A stretch of 64,000 nucleotides of DNA from NCBI RefSeq assembly GCF_009914755.1, contig NC_060944.1. One strand, written 5' to 3'. The notes under the pieces were generated by a model. It was given only the letters and a program-made list of their open reading frames with translations. It was not told the DNA's origin and made no database searches. The position numbers and the translations under genes were made by a program. Shown piece after piece: positions 15,331 through 37,600 of this stretch; the first letter of the stretch is position 1, and the number at the start of each line of letters is the position of its first letter. Source of the DNA: the human T2T-CHM13v2.0 reference genome, Homo sapiens.

Positions 15331-16939
15331 GTGGGCAGAGGCGGTCATCCTCTGGACTCACTGGCGTTTAGGACCCCCTCAGCGGGGAAGAGGGGGGCTC
15401 AGAGTGGCTCCTACATATCCAAACCCCAGATCTGCCCCCCTTACTCAACCTAGCAGCTAAATTGGGGTGGATTTTAGGAATCCACATGGATTGTTCCCTT
15501 CTGGGGTTTTTGTAAATGGCACTGCAACATTTTTAATAAAATTTAAATTGCAGAGCAGACTGGGTCCTCATTCTTAGGCAATCTTAGGTGGCTTCCGCCC
15601 ATATTTGCTGTCTTCATGTTTACTCCACTCGCCCAGGTCAGCTGTTTATGCTGTCTGGATGCCTCTCAGTGTTCTCCTTAGGAGACCAAGTCCTGGACAT
15701 CAGGGCACAGTGGAGCTGGGACTTATTTTAGAAGATCAGAAATCCGAATATAGAAAGTGGGATGCTAGACTTTCCCCTTGCAGCACTTGAAGCAAAGTTG
15801 CAAAAAATCCTGACAATAGAGACATGCCATTAAAAGAGTTGAAGCATTTTCAGTTGTCTCATTCTCCCTATTCTGCCAAATTCTGTGGTTTGGTAGTAGC
15901 TAGATGCAGTCATGAAAACAACACTGCTAAGGGGAAATGGTTTCTTTGTAACTGGTCCAGAACATAGGTGCCAGGATGGCAGGAATCAGAGAGGAGTCAC
16001 AGCAAATGCTGAACCTCCAGTGCCGACCCCAAGAGTATGACTTAGCTCCCACCAACTCTCAAGTCCTGGCCCCAGTTTATCCTAAGTGCCTTAATTTGGC
16101 ACCGCCAGGTCTGGTTCATAAATAATCTCCGGGAGGAATTTCCATGAATGTGAACTCAGCTGCAGCTGAGAACATACCCATTGCCCAGGTAAGAGTCTGT
16201 CTGTCCAGCCATCCATATCCTTAGCAAGTTATAAGACAAGGGACATGTGGAATAAGATGAGGTGAAACCTCTATCTAACTATGCCACATGCCAGGTGGCA
16301 GCACACCCACATACCCAAAAAGGGAAAGTGTGACTGTGATGCCACATCTGAGTTGTCAGGAAACCACTCCAGGTTTAGGAGACAGAAATTCCCCCAAGCG
16401 CCAAAGAGAGGGAGAGCATGGCCACAGTCCCCCTGGTGCCACCACAGCTGAGGGTGGACAGTGCTTTGGGGATTGGCACTGTTATTTTTTTCTTTCAAAA
16501 CTGAAGCAATAAGATCTCAGACTCTGAAGTTTCTCTTGAAGTCCTATTAAGGTCCACCAGAAAAGGTCCTTCTCTGGAAGCCCAGCCTGGCCCTGCTGCT
16601 GGGATGGAACTGTGGCCCTGTGGGCCTAATCTGGGATGGGCCACATCTAAAATAAAAGCTCCCATGGGTTCCCTCTGGTTTATTTCAAATCCGCTGATGC
16701 AGTGGTGTCCGGGGCAGTGGCTCCTCCAGGACCTGGCAAGCCGTGTTATTGTGGTCCCAGGCAGTCCCACATCGGTTCCCAAAGCCAGGCATACCTGAGC
16801 CCTGTGGGCCCCAGTCACATGTGAGGGGCAGGTTTGAGTCACTCACACAGGCAGAGAAGCTGGGCAGTGGGCAAGAAAGCCTCGGAGCTCATTTAGTCAT
16901 GAGGGGATTCTAGAATAAAGGAAGGATTTGGCAAGAGTG

Positions 16940-17340
16940 CCCAGGTATCTTAGATGGGCTCCCCAGAAGCCCCCTGAGATAAGGATTTGGGTGATTTGGG
17001 TGCATGTAGCTTGCATGGGAAGTGATGCCAGAAAGCACTGGAAGTGGAGTGGGAAGTGAGCTTTTAGGGAGGCTGGCCAACACACACTTCGTCATCAGCC
17101 GTTCCCAGCTGGGCAATGGGCCCCAGTCCACCTCTGAGTTACTGGTGGTCCATCCTCCACCTCTGTCCGTCAAGGCTGCGACTGCTCCTGGGCTCTGACC
17201 TCCCCCCACAGCCTGCCAAGCCTGTTGCCCACAGGAGCGTGCTGCCTGCTGGCCAGAGGATGCTGCCAGGGCTTGCCCAGGGATGAGAGCTGAGACACAC
17301 AGCCGGGCACCAGGAATGCCTGAACCTTTCTGATTCATCA
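16940..17340. mobile_element. Old ERVL-type LTR fragment
   Basis: ctcccagaagcccctgagataaggatttggg...gggaagtgatgccagaaagcactg. Confidence 0.45.
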
Positions 17341-18195
17341 ACTATATTCTCACGTGGTTCCTGAAGGAGGAATAAATAAGACTCAATACCAATTTGTCCC
17401 TGGCTGGTGAGAACCAGGGCTTTTCCAGAAGGAGCTGTGATGAGCTCAGCACAAGGCCCCTCCTTTGTTGGAAGCTCTGTTCCTAGCCCATCCCTCTCCA
17501 GCTCCAGGAACCTAGCCCTTGCCACACTCTGCTGCGCGCCTGGAGCCGTGAATGTGGCCTGCAGAAGAGTCCCCTTGCCTGCACCTGCTTAGTAGGAAGG
17601 TGGCAGCTTCCTCCTTTGGCTGCTGAAGGTCTGTGGGTGTGGGGGAGCCTTCCCTGCTAGAGATAAGAAACTGAGCAGTATCAGGTGTGAGCAAGGCATC
17701 TGAGCTAGGCCGAGGCTCCTCCTCCATTTAACCAGAAGAGAAGCAGGCAGCAGGGGCCTCCTGCGGCCATCTGTTTCCTCCTGTCCAGGACATGCTAATG
17801 GGTACCATTTGCCCAGAATCCATGGTCCCACTCAAGGAGCTCATCTCCGAGAAGTGCTGGTGGGACAGCCAGGAGGTGCGCTGTTCCACAACCCAGGAAC
17901 CTGCGCAGGGAAGCTGCCTTCCTGCAGGGAAGCACCCTCAGTGGATACAACAGTGACCTCTCAGAAGAGCCTGGGGCCCAAGAGGACCACTGCAGGCCAA
18001 ACTACGAAGAAGTGTTCTGGATCTCCCCAGGTACCTAATGTGGTCTTAAAAGCATAAACCAATAAAAAAAGAAATGAAAAGTAAATTCCTGAGGAAAAGA
18101 GAAGATAAAACATAGATAAGAAAGGTGAGAAGGTTAAGAGATTAACACAAAAACATTAACCATGAGGTAAGTGGAAAATTAAAATTAAGGAGGAT

Positions 18196-18551
<356 letters not shown>

Positions 18552-19784
18552 TGAAGAAAAACATAGGTGAAATAAAAGAGATTTTTAAACAAACGTTTAA
18601 ATGAACAAACAAAAAAACTAGAGCCAAAAAATTCAGAGGAAAGCCTAGAAGTTGAAGATCAAATTTTAAAGTAAAAATAAAAACCAAATGAGCAGGCAAA
18701 AGTTAAAACAAGGCTAGGAGTTGGAAGAGCAATAAATATAGTTCTTCAGACTGATAAAAACCATGAGTGTGCACCAGCTCCCACTCCACTACCCTGCAGG
18801 CGCAGGCTGGAGTCACATGAGAACTGAAGAAAAGGGGAATAAATAGAGGTGGAAGCGGGAGGCTGAAGATGAAATCGAGGATGTTACTACCAGGTCAACA
18901 AGAAATAAAAACCCAATTGCCCAGATGCCAGGTCCCACAACCCAACACATTCATGGCGATTTAAGAAAGTAACATGGAGTCAAAAGACCATCAGTAAAAA
19001 ATGTAAAGAATCCCACAGGCCTTAAACATAAACCTCCCTGCAATGAGCATTGGTTTACTGTTTGATGTCCCTTGGTCCCTGTAATTTTAGCAGAAACCCC
19101 TGATGCAGACACCTTAGTGTGAGTTTACAACCTGATGGGTTATGGGCATGTTTTATTTAGCCCCTTGAGGGATTTAGTGTACACACATGTGTGTATGTAT
19201 GTATATGTGTGTGTGTATTTCAATTATTTGTGATTATAAAATAATTCTGGAGCTCCAGTTTCTCTGAACTGTTTTTCTTTTCTCTGTCTACTGGCTTATA
19301 TTTTATTTCTATCATTAGATGTTACCCTTAAATTTTTAATATGCATTTCTTAATGTGCAAATTCTGGAGTTAATATTGTCCATCCTTCTTCCTAACAATA
19401 CAAGGAGTTTAGAATCCCCTTGCTTTCTTATGCTATTGTTCTGTATTTCAGTTCCTTCTAACTTTTGTTCCAGTAGAATTAACCATTGTGAGTGTGGTTA
19501 GTTTTGCTGTTGTTTTCTATAGTCAATGCTCATTAAATATCACTCGTGTTCTTTACTTACTTTCCACCTTGCATCTCATTTTTACTTTGTCTGATCAGTT
19601 TTCTTTTTTTCTGGAGAATATGCTTTAGTAGCCTTAATGAATGGCTGTTAGTGGTTCATTCAGTTTTTGTACAAAGGCCTTAAGTTTTCATTTGTGAATG
19701 ATAGTTTAAATAGGTGTAGAATTCTAGGATAAAATGTTCTCTCTCACAAATGCTGAAATTATTTTTGATTTCCTTAACGGTTTC

Positions 19785-20201
19785 TAACATAGTTTGGATA
19801 TATGTCCCCAGTCCAAATCTCATGCTGAAATGTAATCCCCAATGTTGGAGGTAGGGCCTTGTGGGAGGTGATTGGATTATGGGGGTGGTTTCTTCATGAA
19901 CGGTTTAGCGCTGACCCCTTAGTGCTGCTCTCACCATAATGAGTGAGTTCTCCTGAGATCTGGTGGTTTAAAGGTGTGTGCCACCTCCCCGCTCACTCTT
20001 GTTCCTGCTTTGGCCAGGTGACCTGCCTGCTCCTCTTTTCCTTCCACCATGATTGGAAGCTTCCTGAGTCCTCCCCAGAAGCTGAGCAAATGCCAGCACC
20101 ATGCTTCCTGTACAGGCTGCAAAACCATGAGCCAAATACACCTCATTTCTTTATAAATTACCTAGTATTTCTTTATAGCAATGCTAGAACAGCCTAATGC
20201 A
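19785..20201 (+). mobile_element. MaLR solo LTR (MST family)
   Basis: agtttggatatatgtcccc..ccaaatctcatgctgaaatgtaatcccc...ctttatagcaatgc..ctaatgca. Confidence 0.88.
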
Positions 20202-20277
20202 CTTTCTGTTGCTGTTGTTGAGAAACCTACTCTTGGTTTGCTTTTTTTCCTATAGGAATTTGAAATTATTTTCTCTG

Positions 20278-20604
<327 letters not shown>

Positions 20605-22096
20605 TCATATTTTTGTCTTTTGTATTGTATAGTTACTACATTTAGTGTGGGATAGCTTTAATTTACCTTGTATTATGTATGTCTGAATCTGTAAATTCAC
20701 ATCTTTTATTAGTTCTGAGAAATTCTCAGATATCTTCAGATATTGCCTCTTCCCCATTCTCAATGTTCTCTCAGTCTAGAATTCCCAATCTATTCATCTG
20801 GATTTTCTATTAGTAGATTGGGAGACCTTCTCATTTTTATCTTCCTACCTTTTAATATGTCTTTCATAATTTCCATATTATGCTGAATTCTAGGTAGTAT
20901 CATCAGTTCCATATTCCAGTTCAAGTCCCTCATCAGATATTTCAAGTTTGCTTATTAACTCATCCATCGTGTCTTAAATTCAGTAGTTATTTTTATTTCA
21001 GGAAATTCCAATTTGCCTTGTCTCTTTTAATAATGTATTTTTCCCTGTGTGGATTTGGTTTCTCCTTGTGTGCTAGAATATCTTAAAAGAGACTTACTTT
21101 ATCTATCACTTGAAATTCTTGGAAAGATGCTTTCCCTGCTGACTGAGGCTCAGGGCAGGCCATTTCTTGGTAAATTTTAAAATTTTGAATGTCAACCTTT
21201 CTCCATGACACTTTAACTGAAAACTGTCATTATGCATTTCCTGAAGTGAGGATGCAGTACCAGGTACCCCTCGGAATCACTGACATGTCACCACTTTTTA
21301 TGTTAGTTCCTCAGTGTAGGAGTTTCCTAGCTGCACAAATACTAAAATCCCAAACCCCGGATCCACATGGTGCTGTGTTTTCAGCATAGAACTTTCCCAG
21401 CACCAGGCCAATGGGACCACCCCATGTTTTCCCTCACTGAACTGATGGGCAGGGTGATTCTGGATTCTGAGTTTTCACTGGATACGTTATTCTCTGAGCT
21501 TCCCGTCTTTGTTTGGGGGTCTGATTTCCACTCCCTTCTTGAGGGGACCCAGGCCCTGTCTCCTCTGCCCCCGCCACTAAACACATGCCCTGTTGCCAGG
21601 ACTGGCTTCTCTCCCCACACTGCGGCAGTATCAGCTTGGGCTTAAGGCTTCATATCTAACTTTCCTCCTTAATTCTAGCCCCTGAAGATTTCCCTTGCTT
21701 TCCTATGACCTTAGCTGTGGCTTAAAAAAATTGCTATGTTATGCAGCATACTTACATGCTTTATTGCAGGAAGTGTTTGAAGTGAGTCTGGCACCAGGTT
21801 TAAAACCAGTTTCTGCTGAGAAATTTGAAGATCTGGCAATATGACGTCTGTCTTTCAGCAGGACTAAAATTGGCTAGTGTCAGGGGGCATGTACTCTCTG
21901 TTCAGTCTCTAACTCATCACCTGTAATATTATTTTGACTCCTGTGTAGGCATTTATGATTCAGCATAATATATTCCACCTTTTACCCTTTTCCACAAAAT
22001 GGACCCTAACAGCATCCAGTTCATATCCCAGTTCTGTACCACAAGCCTTTGCTACTGATATAGGAGAATGGCAGCCATGAGGCACCATTGGTCTTT

Positions 22097-22133
<37 letters not shown>
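22097..22133. repeat. (TA)n microsatellite, expanded 5' target-site copy of the L1
   Basis: About 16 TA units following tttaaaa. Confidence 0.95.
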
Positions 22134-22136
<3 letters not shown>

Positions 22137-22402
22137 GTGGTTCCAAGATGGCCGAATAGGAACAGCTCCAGTCAACAGCTCCCAGCGTGAGCGATGAAGA
22201 AGATGGGTGATTTCTGCATTTCCAACTGAGGTACTGGGTTCAACTCACTGGGGATCATCGGACAGTGGGGGCAGGACAGTGGGTACAGCCCACTGAGTGT
22301 GAGCCAAAGCAGGGCGAGGCATTGCCTCGCCCGGGAAGCACAGGGGGTCAGGGAATTCCCTTTCCTAGCCAAAGGAAGAGGTGATAGACAGCACCTGGAA
22401 AA

Positions 22403-22585
22403 TCAGGTCCCTCCCACCCTAATACTGCACTTTTCCAAGGGTCTTAGCAAACGGCACACCAAGAGATTATATCTCGTGCCTGGCTCCGAGGGTCCCACGC
22501 CCACGGAGCCTCGCTCATTGCTAGCACAGTAGTCTGAGATCAAACTGCAAGGCAGCAGCGAGGCTGGGGGAGGGGCGCCTGCCAT
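22403..22585 (-). pseudogene. L1 ORF0, truncated to 60 aa
   Basis: MAGAPPPASLLPCSLISDYCASNERGSVGVGPSEPG matches the primate L1 ORF0 peptide, in antisense within the 5'UTR. Confidence 0.85.
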
Positions 22586-23147
22586 TGCTGAGGCTTGAGT
22601 AGGTAAACAAAGCTGGGAAGCTCAAATTGGGTGGAGCTCAAAGAGGCCTACCTGCCTCTGTAGACTCCACCTCCGGGGGCAGGGCATAGTCGAACAAAAG
22701 GCAGCAGAAATCTCTGCAGACTTAAATGTGTCTGTCTGACAGCTTTGAAGAAAGTAGTGGTTCTCCCAGCACGGAGTTTGAGATCTGAGAACAGACAGAC
22801 TGCCTCCTCAAGTGGGCCCCTGACCCCCGAGTAGCCTAACTGGGAGGCAAACCCTAGTAGGGGCAGACTGACAACTCACATGGCCGGGTACCCCTCTGAG
22901 ATGAAGCTTCCAGAGGAACAATCAGGAAGCAACATTTGCTGTTCTGCAATATTTGCTGTTCTGCAGCCTCCGCTGGTGATAACCAGGCAAACAGGGTCTG
23001 GAGTGGACCTCCAGCAAACTCCAACAGACCTGCAGCTGAGGGTCCTGACTGTTAGAAGGAAAACTAATAAACAGAAAGGACTTCCACACCAAAACCCCAT
23101 CTGTATATCACCATCATCAAAGAACAAAGGTAGATAAAACCACAAAG

Positions 23148-24162
23148 ATGGGTAAAAAACAGAGCAGAAAAACTGAACATTTTAAAAATCGAGCACCTCT
23201 CCCCCTTCAAAGGAACGCAGCTCCTCGCCAGCAATGGAAAAAAGCTGGATGGAGAATGACTTTGACAAGCTGAGAGAAGAAGGCTTCAGACGATCAAACT
23301 TCTCCAAGCTAAATGAGGAAGGTCGAACCCAATGCGAAGAAGCTAAAAACCTTGAAAAAAGCTTAGATGAATGGCTAACTAGAATAACCAGTGTAGAGAA
23401 GCCCTTAAATGACCTGATGGAGCTGAAAACCATGGCACGAGAACTATGTGACAAATGCACAAGCTTCAGTAGCCGATTCGATCAACTGGAAGGAAGGGTA
23501 TCAGTGATTGAAGATCAAATGAATGAAATGAAGCGAGAAGAGAAGTTTAGAGGAAAAAGAGTAAAAAGAAACAAACAAAGCCTCCAAGAAATATGGGACT
23601 ATGTGAAAAGACCAAATCTACGTCTTATTTGTGTACCTGAAAGTGACGGGGAGAATGGAACCAAGTTGGAAAACACTCTGCAGGATATTATCCAGGATAA
23701 CTTCCCCAACCTAGCAAGGCAGGCCAACATTGAAATTCAGGAAATACAGAGAGTGCCACAAAGATACTCCTCAAAAAGAGCAACTCCAAGACATGTAATT
23801 GTCAGATTCACCAAAGTTGAAATGAAGGAAAAAATGTTAAGGGCAGCCAGAGAGAAAGGTCGGGTTACCCACAAAGGGAAACCCATCAGACTAACACGGA
23901 TCTCTCGGCAGAAACTCCACAAGCCAGAACAGAGTGGGGGCCAATATTCAACATTCTTTAAGAAAAGAATTTTCAACCCAGAATTTCATATCCAGCCAAA
24001 CTAAGCTTCATAAGTGAAGGAGAAATAAAATCCTTTACAGAGAAGCAAATGCTGAGAGATTTTGTCACCACCAGGCCTGCCTTACAAGAGTTCCTGAAGG
24101 AAGCACTAAATATGGAAAGGAACACCCGGTACTAGCCACTGCAAAAACATGCCAAATTGTAA
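23148..24162 (+). pseudogene. L1 ORF1, disrupted
   Basis: ATG GGT AAA AAA CAG start; frameshifts near 23190 and 23897; in-frame TAG near 24134; SLQEIWDYVKRPNLRLI motif. Confidence 0.92.
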
Positions 24163-24225
24163 AGACCATTGATGCTAGGAAGAAACTGCATCAACTAACG
24201 AGCAAAATAACCAGCTAACATCATA

Positions 24226-27075
<2,850 letters not shown>

Positions 27076-27313
27076 ACAATGAGAACACTTGGACACAGGA
27101 AGGGGAACATCACACACTGGGGCCTGGTTTTGGGTGGGGGAAGCAGGGAGGGAAAGCATTAGGAGATACACCTAATGTAAATGACGAGTTAATGGGTTCA
27201 GCACACCAACATGGCACATGTGTACATATGTAACAAACCTGCACATTGTGCACATGTACCCTAGAACTTAAAGTATAATAAAAAAAAAAATAAATAAATA
27301 AATATATATATAT

Positions 27314-28053
<740 letters not shown>

Positions 28054-29727
28054 TTTTTTAGGACTTTGAGGCTCACTTTCATTGAAGCCCACTAGCCAAA
28101 GACCAATAGAAACACACTTATAGTCAAATGAAATTGGTTGAATTTAGCTGCTGCAGCAAGAAAATGGACTACATGGAATATTGGGAACATCTTCAGTAGG
28201 AGGAGAAGGTTCTTCAAGGATGGGGGCCTGTGCTAAATAATATTCTCGGGAGCAAGCAGGGGAGTGGCCGGCTCTGGACTGGTACTAGGGAGAAGCATCG
28301 ACACCTAGCAATGGGGACTCTTTGCAGTCTCTACAGGCAGTGGAGGAGCTGTCAGGGCTGGGACTGCCACTGTGAGAAAGGGCATGGCTCAGAAGCAGGG
28401 ATCGAGGGCAGCTTTGTAGCTGCAGGAGGGTTCTGCTGTGGAAACACGGTATATGGGCATTATCCTTGTCCCGTTGGCAACACTGTCACCAGCAGGGCTA
28501 AATTGCACTTTTTGTCTGGGGGATCAGCTAATCTTTCAGAAAAGTATTTTTGTACAAGAGAAATTCCTTGTTTCAAAACAAAGCTCACTTCTTGTGACGC
28601 TCTGGGCAGAAGGTGCTGGGAGCAGCTTCCTGGGTGGCCCTGCTCGTGTCCCAGCCTCTGGCTTCCTGCTAGTATTGATTCACAAGGGCCCTAAGGCCAT
28701 CACAGAGGACGTATCTCCATATTCACCACTTGAGCATACCTCCCAGCTCCATGTTTCACTCGTGAAACCATGGTCTTCAAAACATAAAATAATTTACCAA
28801 GAGAAACCAGTTTCTGTCTGTTGGCATCCTGGTGACAACAACGAGGACCATCACCACCTGTCTTCTGGCAACCACAGACACACCCCGAGGAAGCAGGGTG
28901 CTCCAGCAGGGTCTCTGGAGTGAGTACCCTCTTCCAATTTGGGTTTCTTGACCTTGCTAGGGCGGCGCAGCCCATTACTAGCTGGCAGAGAATAACTCAA
29001 GAGCAAATGGCCCCAGGAATAAACTTGAGATATTAACATGGAAATGCTGGATTGAAATGTGACTCATTTTCTCATCAGTCAGCACGCTGATTAACTAATT
29101 TCAGCTACTGATATTTTTTATGTTTCCCAGACTGAGCTGTTGCTCTGTTTCTCATCCACAGGTCCAGGAGGCAGTGTGAGAGTTTATGATGTTAATTAAT
29201 TACAAGATGGACCACGATACTGTCCGTGAAATTGTGTAGTCATTTCTGAACCTTTTGTAATAAAGAAACTGTGCTTCCATATTGAAGAAGCACTTAGTTA
29301 TAGGAAAAATGTGAGAAATAGTCACTTTTTGTTTTTATGCTTTTGGTTTATTTCAGCAAATCTGAGGTTTAGTAAAAACCAATGGCACAGGAAAAAGCAA
29401 GTCACTCCACCATTTTGTTTTTGTGGGTACTTAAGATCTCATGTTGCACCCTAAGGATTTTTAAATAGATCATTTATGATGTGAATGATGAGCTGGCCAT
29501 GTTGTCACTTCTGGGTTCACTTCTGTGAACTTGGGAAGGTTAGAAGCATAGTATTCTTCAAGTTTCTTTTTTACCCTCTTCCACAAAATGGATCCTGGCA
29601 ACAGCCAATCCACATCCCAGTTCTCTACCACGTGCCTTTATTATTGATACAGAGAATGGCAGCCATGTGGCTCCTTTGATCTTTTGGTAAAGTTGTATTA
29701 CTCATGCAACCCTCAGTGCATAGTGGA

Positions 29728-29855
29728 TTTTTCTCTTTCTCTTTCTCCCTCCTTCTCCTTCTCCCTCTCTCTCTCTCCCTTAGACAGACAGACAGACACA
29801 CGCACGCACGCGCACATGCACACACACACACACACACCCCACCACCACCGCCATC
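29728..29855. repeat. CT-rich / (CAGA)n / (CA)n compound repeat
   Basis: Read directly from the sequence. Confidence 0.9.
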
Positions 29856-30392
29856 ACGAAAAACACAGAATGTCATCACTGTAGATTAAACTCATTTAGT
29901 AACTAACCCATGCTAAGGAATTTTCTGAGTAGTGTTGCAGTCTGTGGCTCTTTCTCTCTTAGTTTATTTTCTATTTAATAGTGCATTTCTCCAATTCTAG
30001 GATGTACATTCCTTTCTTTTCATTTGTTCCTATTTCTGAAATTCTGAAACAGTGATGCACCTCACAGTCAGTGGCTTCTGACCCTTGATGGAGTCCGACG
30101 GGGCTTTTCCCTGAGCATGCTTTTATGTATATAGGTAAATCTAAATGAATACTGACTGAATAAAGAAAAAACACTAACAAAATATTGTGGTGCTTATATA
30201 TGTTTAATATATAATTTTATATGTTTTTATATCTTACATAATAGTATATGTATATTATATATAATTTAAAATAAAGCCAACAATAGTACTACAGTACTAA
30301 ATTTGTAGATTGTAATCAGAATTAATATGTTTGAGGTTCTTATATTTTCCAGAAAGTGTAGAACTAACTTACATCAAATTCCAGTAAGTTCA

Positions 30393-30685
<293 letters not shown>

Positions 30686-30784
30686 TTACAGTAAGTTCAA
30701 AGGTACTATACTTGTGTATACTTGCACCTAACAATGTTGGCTTGTACACCAACATTGTTACTTCTTATTTTTTTGAGAAAAGTC

Positions 30785-31560
30785 CTTTTTTATTGTAGTA
30801 AATACATATAAAATATACCATTTTATTCCTTTTTAAATGTACAATTCAATGGCATTAAATCCATGCACATTGCTGTGCAGCCATCACCACCGTCCATCTG
30901 CAGAACTTACCACCATCCTAAACCAAGACCTTGTCCCCATTAAGCAGTAACTCTCCGTTCCCTCCCTTCTGCAGCCTCTGCAGCTGTGTTCTGTCTGTGA
31001 GTGTGACTATTCTAGGTACCTCATATAAGTGGAATCATACAGTATTTGACCTTTTGTGACTGGCGTATTTCACTTAGCATGTTGTCTTCAAGGGTCATCC
31101 ATGCTGTAACACTGAGGAAAATTTGCTTCATTTTGAAGGCTGACTAATAATTCAGGGTAGCATATGCCATATTTTGCGTATTCATTCCTCTGTCAATGGG
31201 CGTTTTCATTGTTCCCACCTTCTGACTACTTCTGCATCATGATGCTATGCACTTCAGTGTCCCCAAATCTGTGTTGGAGTCACTGCTTTCAATTTTTTTT
31301 AAGAGACAGGGCCTTACTCTGTTGCCCAGGCTGGAGTACAGTGACACAATCACACCTGCTTTCCATTTTGGGGAGTGTATACTCAGCAGTGAAATGGCTG
31401 CTGTATGGTAACTCAGTGTTGAATCTTTGAGGACCCACCGTCTTGTCTTCCACCGTGGCCACTCCATTTGACATTTTCACTGGCAACGCACAGGGTTCCA
31501 GTTTCTCTACAATAATATGAATTTTAAAGGCTATTTTCATATGGTTATTCTGGCTAGTAT
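30785..31560 (-). mobile_element. L1MB-type 3' end with a short reverse Alu fragment (31293-31357)
   Basis: ctattctaggtacctcatataagtggaatcatacagtatttg...tttcacttagcat. Confidence 0.8.
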
Positions 31561-31594
31561 AATAAAGGCATATTTAAAATTTAAGTAGTACCTC

Positions 31595-31948
<354 letters not shown>

Positions 31949-32057
31949 CTAACATATCACTTCATTTGCCCAGACACTTCTCAGAGGCAGCTCCTGCCCA
32001 CCTTCCTCTTTTGACTGTTATTGCCATACCCTGACAGCTGTGTTCATCCTGTTCTAT

Positions 32058-32370
32058 CTTTTTTTCTTTTTAGAGATGGAGTCTTGCTCTGTTTTCTAGG
32101 CTAGAGTGCAGTGGCATGATCATAGCTCACTGCAGCCTCAAACCCCTGGGCTCAAGTGATCCTCCAGCATCAGCCTCAGCTTCCTGCCTTAGTCTCCCAC
32201 CTGTAGCTAGGACTATAGGTGCATATGCCTGGCCAGCTTTAAAAATTTTTTGTAGAGATGGGGTCTCATTGTGTTGCACAGGCTGGTCTCCAACTCCTAG
32301 CTCCAAGCGATCCTCCCACCTTTGCCTCCCAGTGTGCTGGGATTATAGGCATGAGCCCATGTACCTGGCC
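32058..32370 (-). mobile_element. AluJ
   Basis: atcatagctcactgcagcctc...ctgggctcaagtgatcctcc (J diagnostics). Confidence 0.9.
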
Positions 32371-32631
32371 GCATCAAGTTATTTCTTGATCCGTTAGCTT
32401 TAAATTCTACCAGTGGACTCCCTGCTTTGAAAGGGTAGAGATTAGTTCACTTAAGGTTAGAATTTAGTTCACTTACACTACTGCCTATCTCCTCCCCACT
32501 TCTCCCAACTTCTTAGGGATGTATTATTTTGAGTCCTTCCCTTGGTTACTGTTGTATTCATTTCACTCTGTGGGATGAGGCTGTGGTTGGCATGCTTACC
32601 CACACTGTTTCTCTCTTCCCCATTGGCCTTC

Positions 32632-33041
32632 TGTATTAGTCCGTTTTGTGTTGCTGTAAGGGAATACCAGAGACTGGGGCATTTGTAAAGAAAAGAGGCT
32701 TATTTGGCTCGTGGTTCTGTAGGCTGTACAAGCATGGTGCCAGCATCTACTTGGCTTCTGGGGAAGCTTCAGGAAGCTTTTAATCATGGCAGAAGGGGAA
32801 GTGGCAGCCAACATGTCACCTGGTGAGAGGGAGCAAGAGAGAGATGTCAGGGTCTTTTAAACAAGCAGCTCGCATGTAAACTAACACAGCAAGAACTTAC
32901 TCCTTGCCACAAGGATGGCACCAAGCCCTTCATGAGGAATTCACCCCCATGACCCACACACCTCCTGTTAGGCCTGCCTTCAACACTGGTGATCACATTT
33001 CAATATGAGATTTGGAGGGGACACACAAGCAAACTGTGTCA
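32632..33041 (-). mobile_element. MaLR solo LTR (MST family)
   Basis: tgtattagtccgttttgtgttgctg...tgagatttggagggga...aaactgtgtca. Confidence 0.9.
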
Positions 33042-33104
33042 CTTTCCTATTGAGGTTGGCTGTGTCTTCAATTGTACATGAGAATGAGTGAGTCCAGCTT
33101 ACTG

Positions 33105-33330
33105 GCTATGAGTCAGACCCTGAAGTCAGGCTTCCTGGCTGTGAAATCCAGCTCTGCAGCTTATAGGCGAAAGACCTTAAACAGGTTGCTTCAGTTTTTG
33201 ATGCCTCAGTTTCCACATCTGCAAAAGGGATGATAATAACTATACCTACTTAATGGGGTTGTTATAAAAATTAAACAGGATAGTCCTTATTAAAAGTTTA
33301 GCACGATGCTTGGGATTTAGGAGAAGCTGA
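33105..33330 (+). mobile_element. MIR
   Basis: tgcctcagtttccacatctgcaaaagggatgataataac. Confidence 0.8.
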
Positions 33331-34343
33331 ACTCTTGGTCAAACTGATGATGATGACCACAACAACAATGATGTCAACTTGGTCAGGGTGAGGCACCTTT
33401 AAATTTTGGTTTTCAGTTACGTTGGGTTTATATGTAGATTCTAAATGTTAAATTACTAAACATTTATTGTCAAGATTCTGTAAATGTTATGGCTATAAAC
33501 CCAAGTTTTGGTAATAAGTTAATATTGCCTCTGTATTCAGCTCCTGAATCATAACCCCTGTGCCAGATAAAGGAAAATATAGTGTCCAGGTCAAACGGAT
33601 TCTGTCTTTTTAAATTCCACAGCTGTGTAAAATGACGGGAAATTTTGTTTTGCTTTATATTTGGACCGATGGAGTTCCTATACACCTATTCTGGCTGTGT
33701 GTGTTTTTCTGGAGTTTCTAAATGACATTCTTTTCACATTGAGGAAAGAAACCTGTGCCTTCCTCACAGCATCCATCTTAACTTCCAGCTGTGCATGCGC
33801 GCTGCCGTTCTTGCTCACAAAGATGGTCTTTGTGAAGCCCACGGGTGTTTGTTATAAATGGGACAGATTGCTGCTGGCCAGCTGCCATGCAGAGATTGCT
33901 TTTTATTCATTTAAGCTATTCACTGCTTTCCCCTTATCCTCTATTATCCACATCCATGGTTTTCACTGCCATTTGTTTCTGGAGTAAATCTCTAAGTTAC
34001 TTATTCAGACAGGCTGCTGTGAGCTACATCTTCTGACTCTTGAAAATATTTATTGTCATCCTTGTTTTGTTTCCTTTTTTGTTTTTACTCATCCTTGGAG
34101 GAGTGCTTGGTAGAGTACATACTTTAAAGGTTTTTCTCGCAACTTCGAAGGCGCTGACCCATTGCCTGTCCATGTGCATGGTTTTGATGAAAGGTCCTCT
34201 GCCAGCCCATGTTCCTGTGTCCTCTTGGCCATCTGCGGGCTCCAAACATAAATTCCTGGCTGCAGCTTCTGTCCACACTCCTTCTTCTCGCCTTTGGTTA
34301 GATTCCTCATCTACTGTTACGCTTTAAAATTATTTATCTTGTT

Positions 34344-34642
<299 letters not shown>

Positions 34643-34659
34643 TTATCTTGTTAAGGATG

Positions 34660-37600
<2,941 letters not shown>

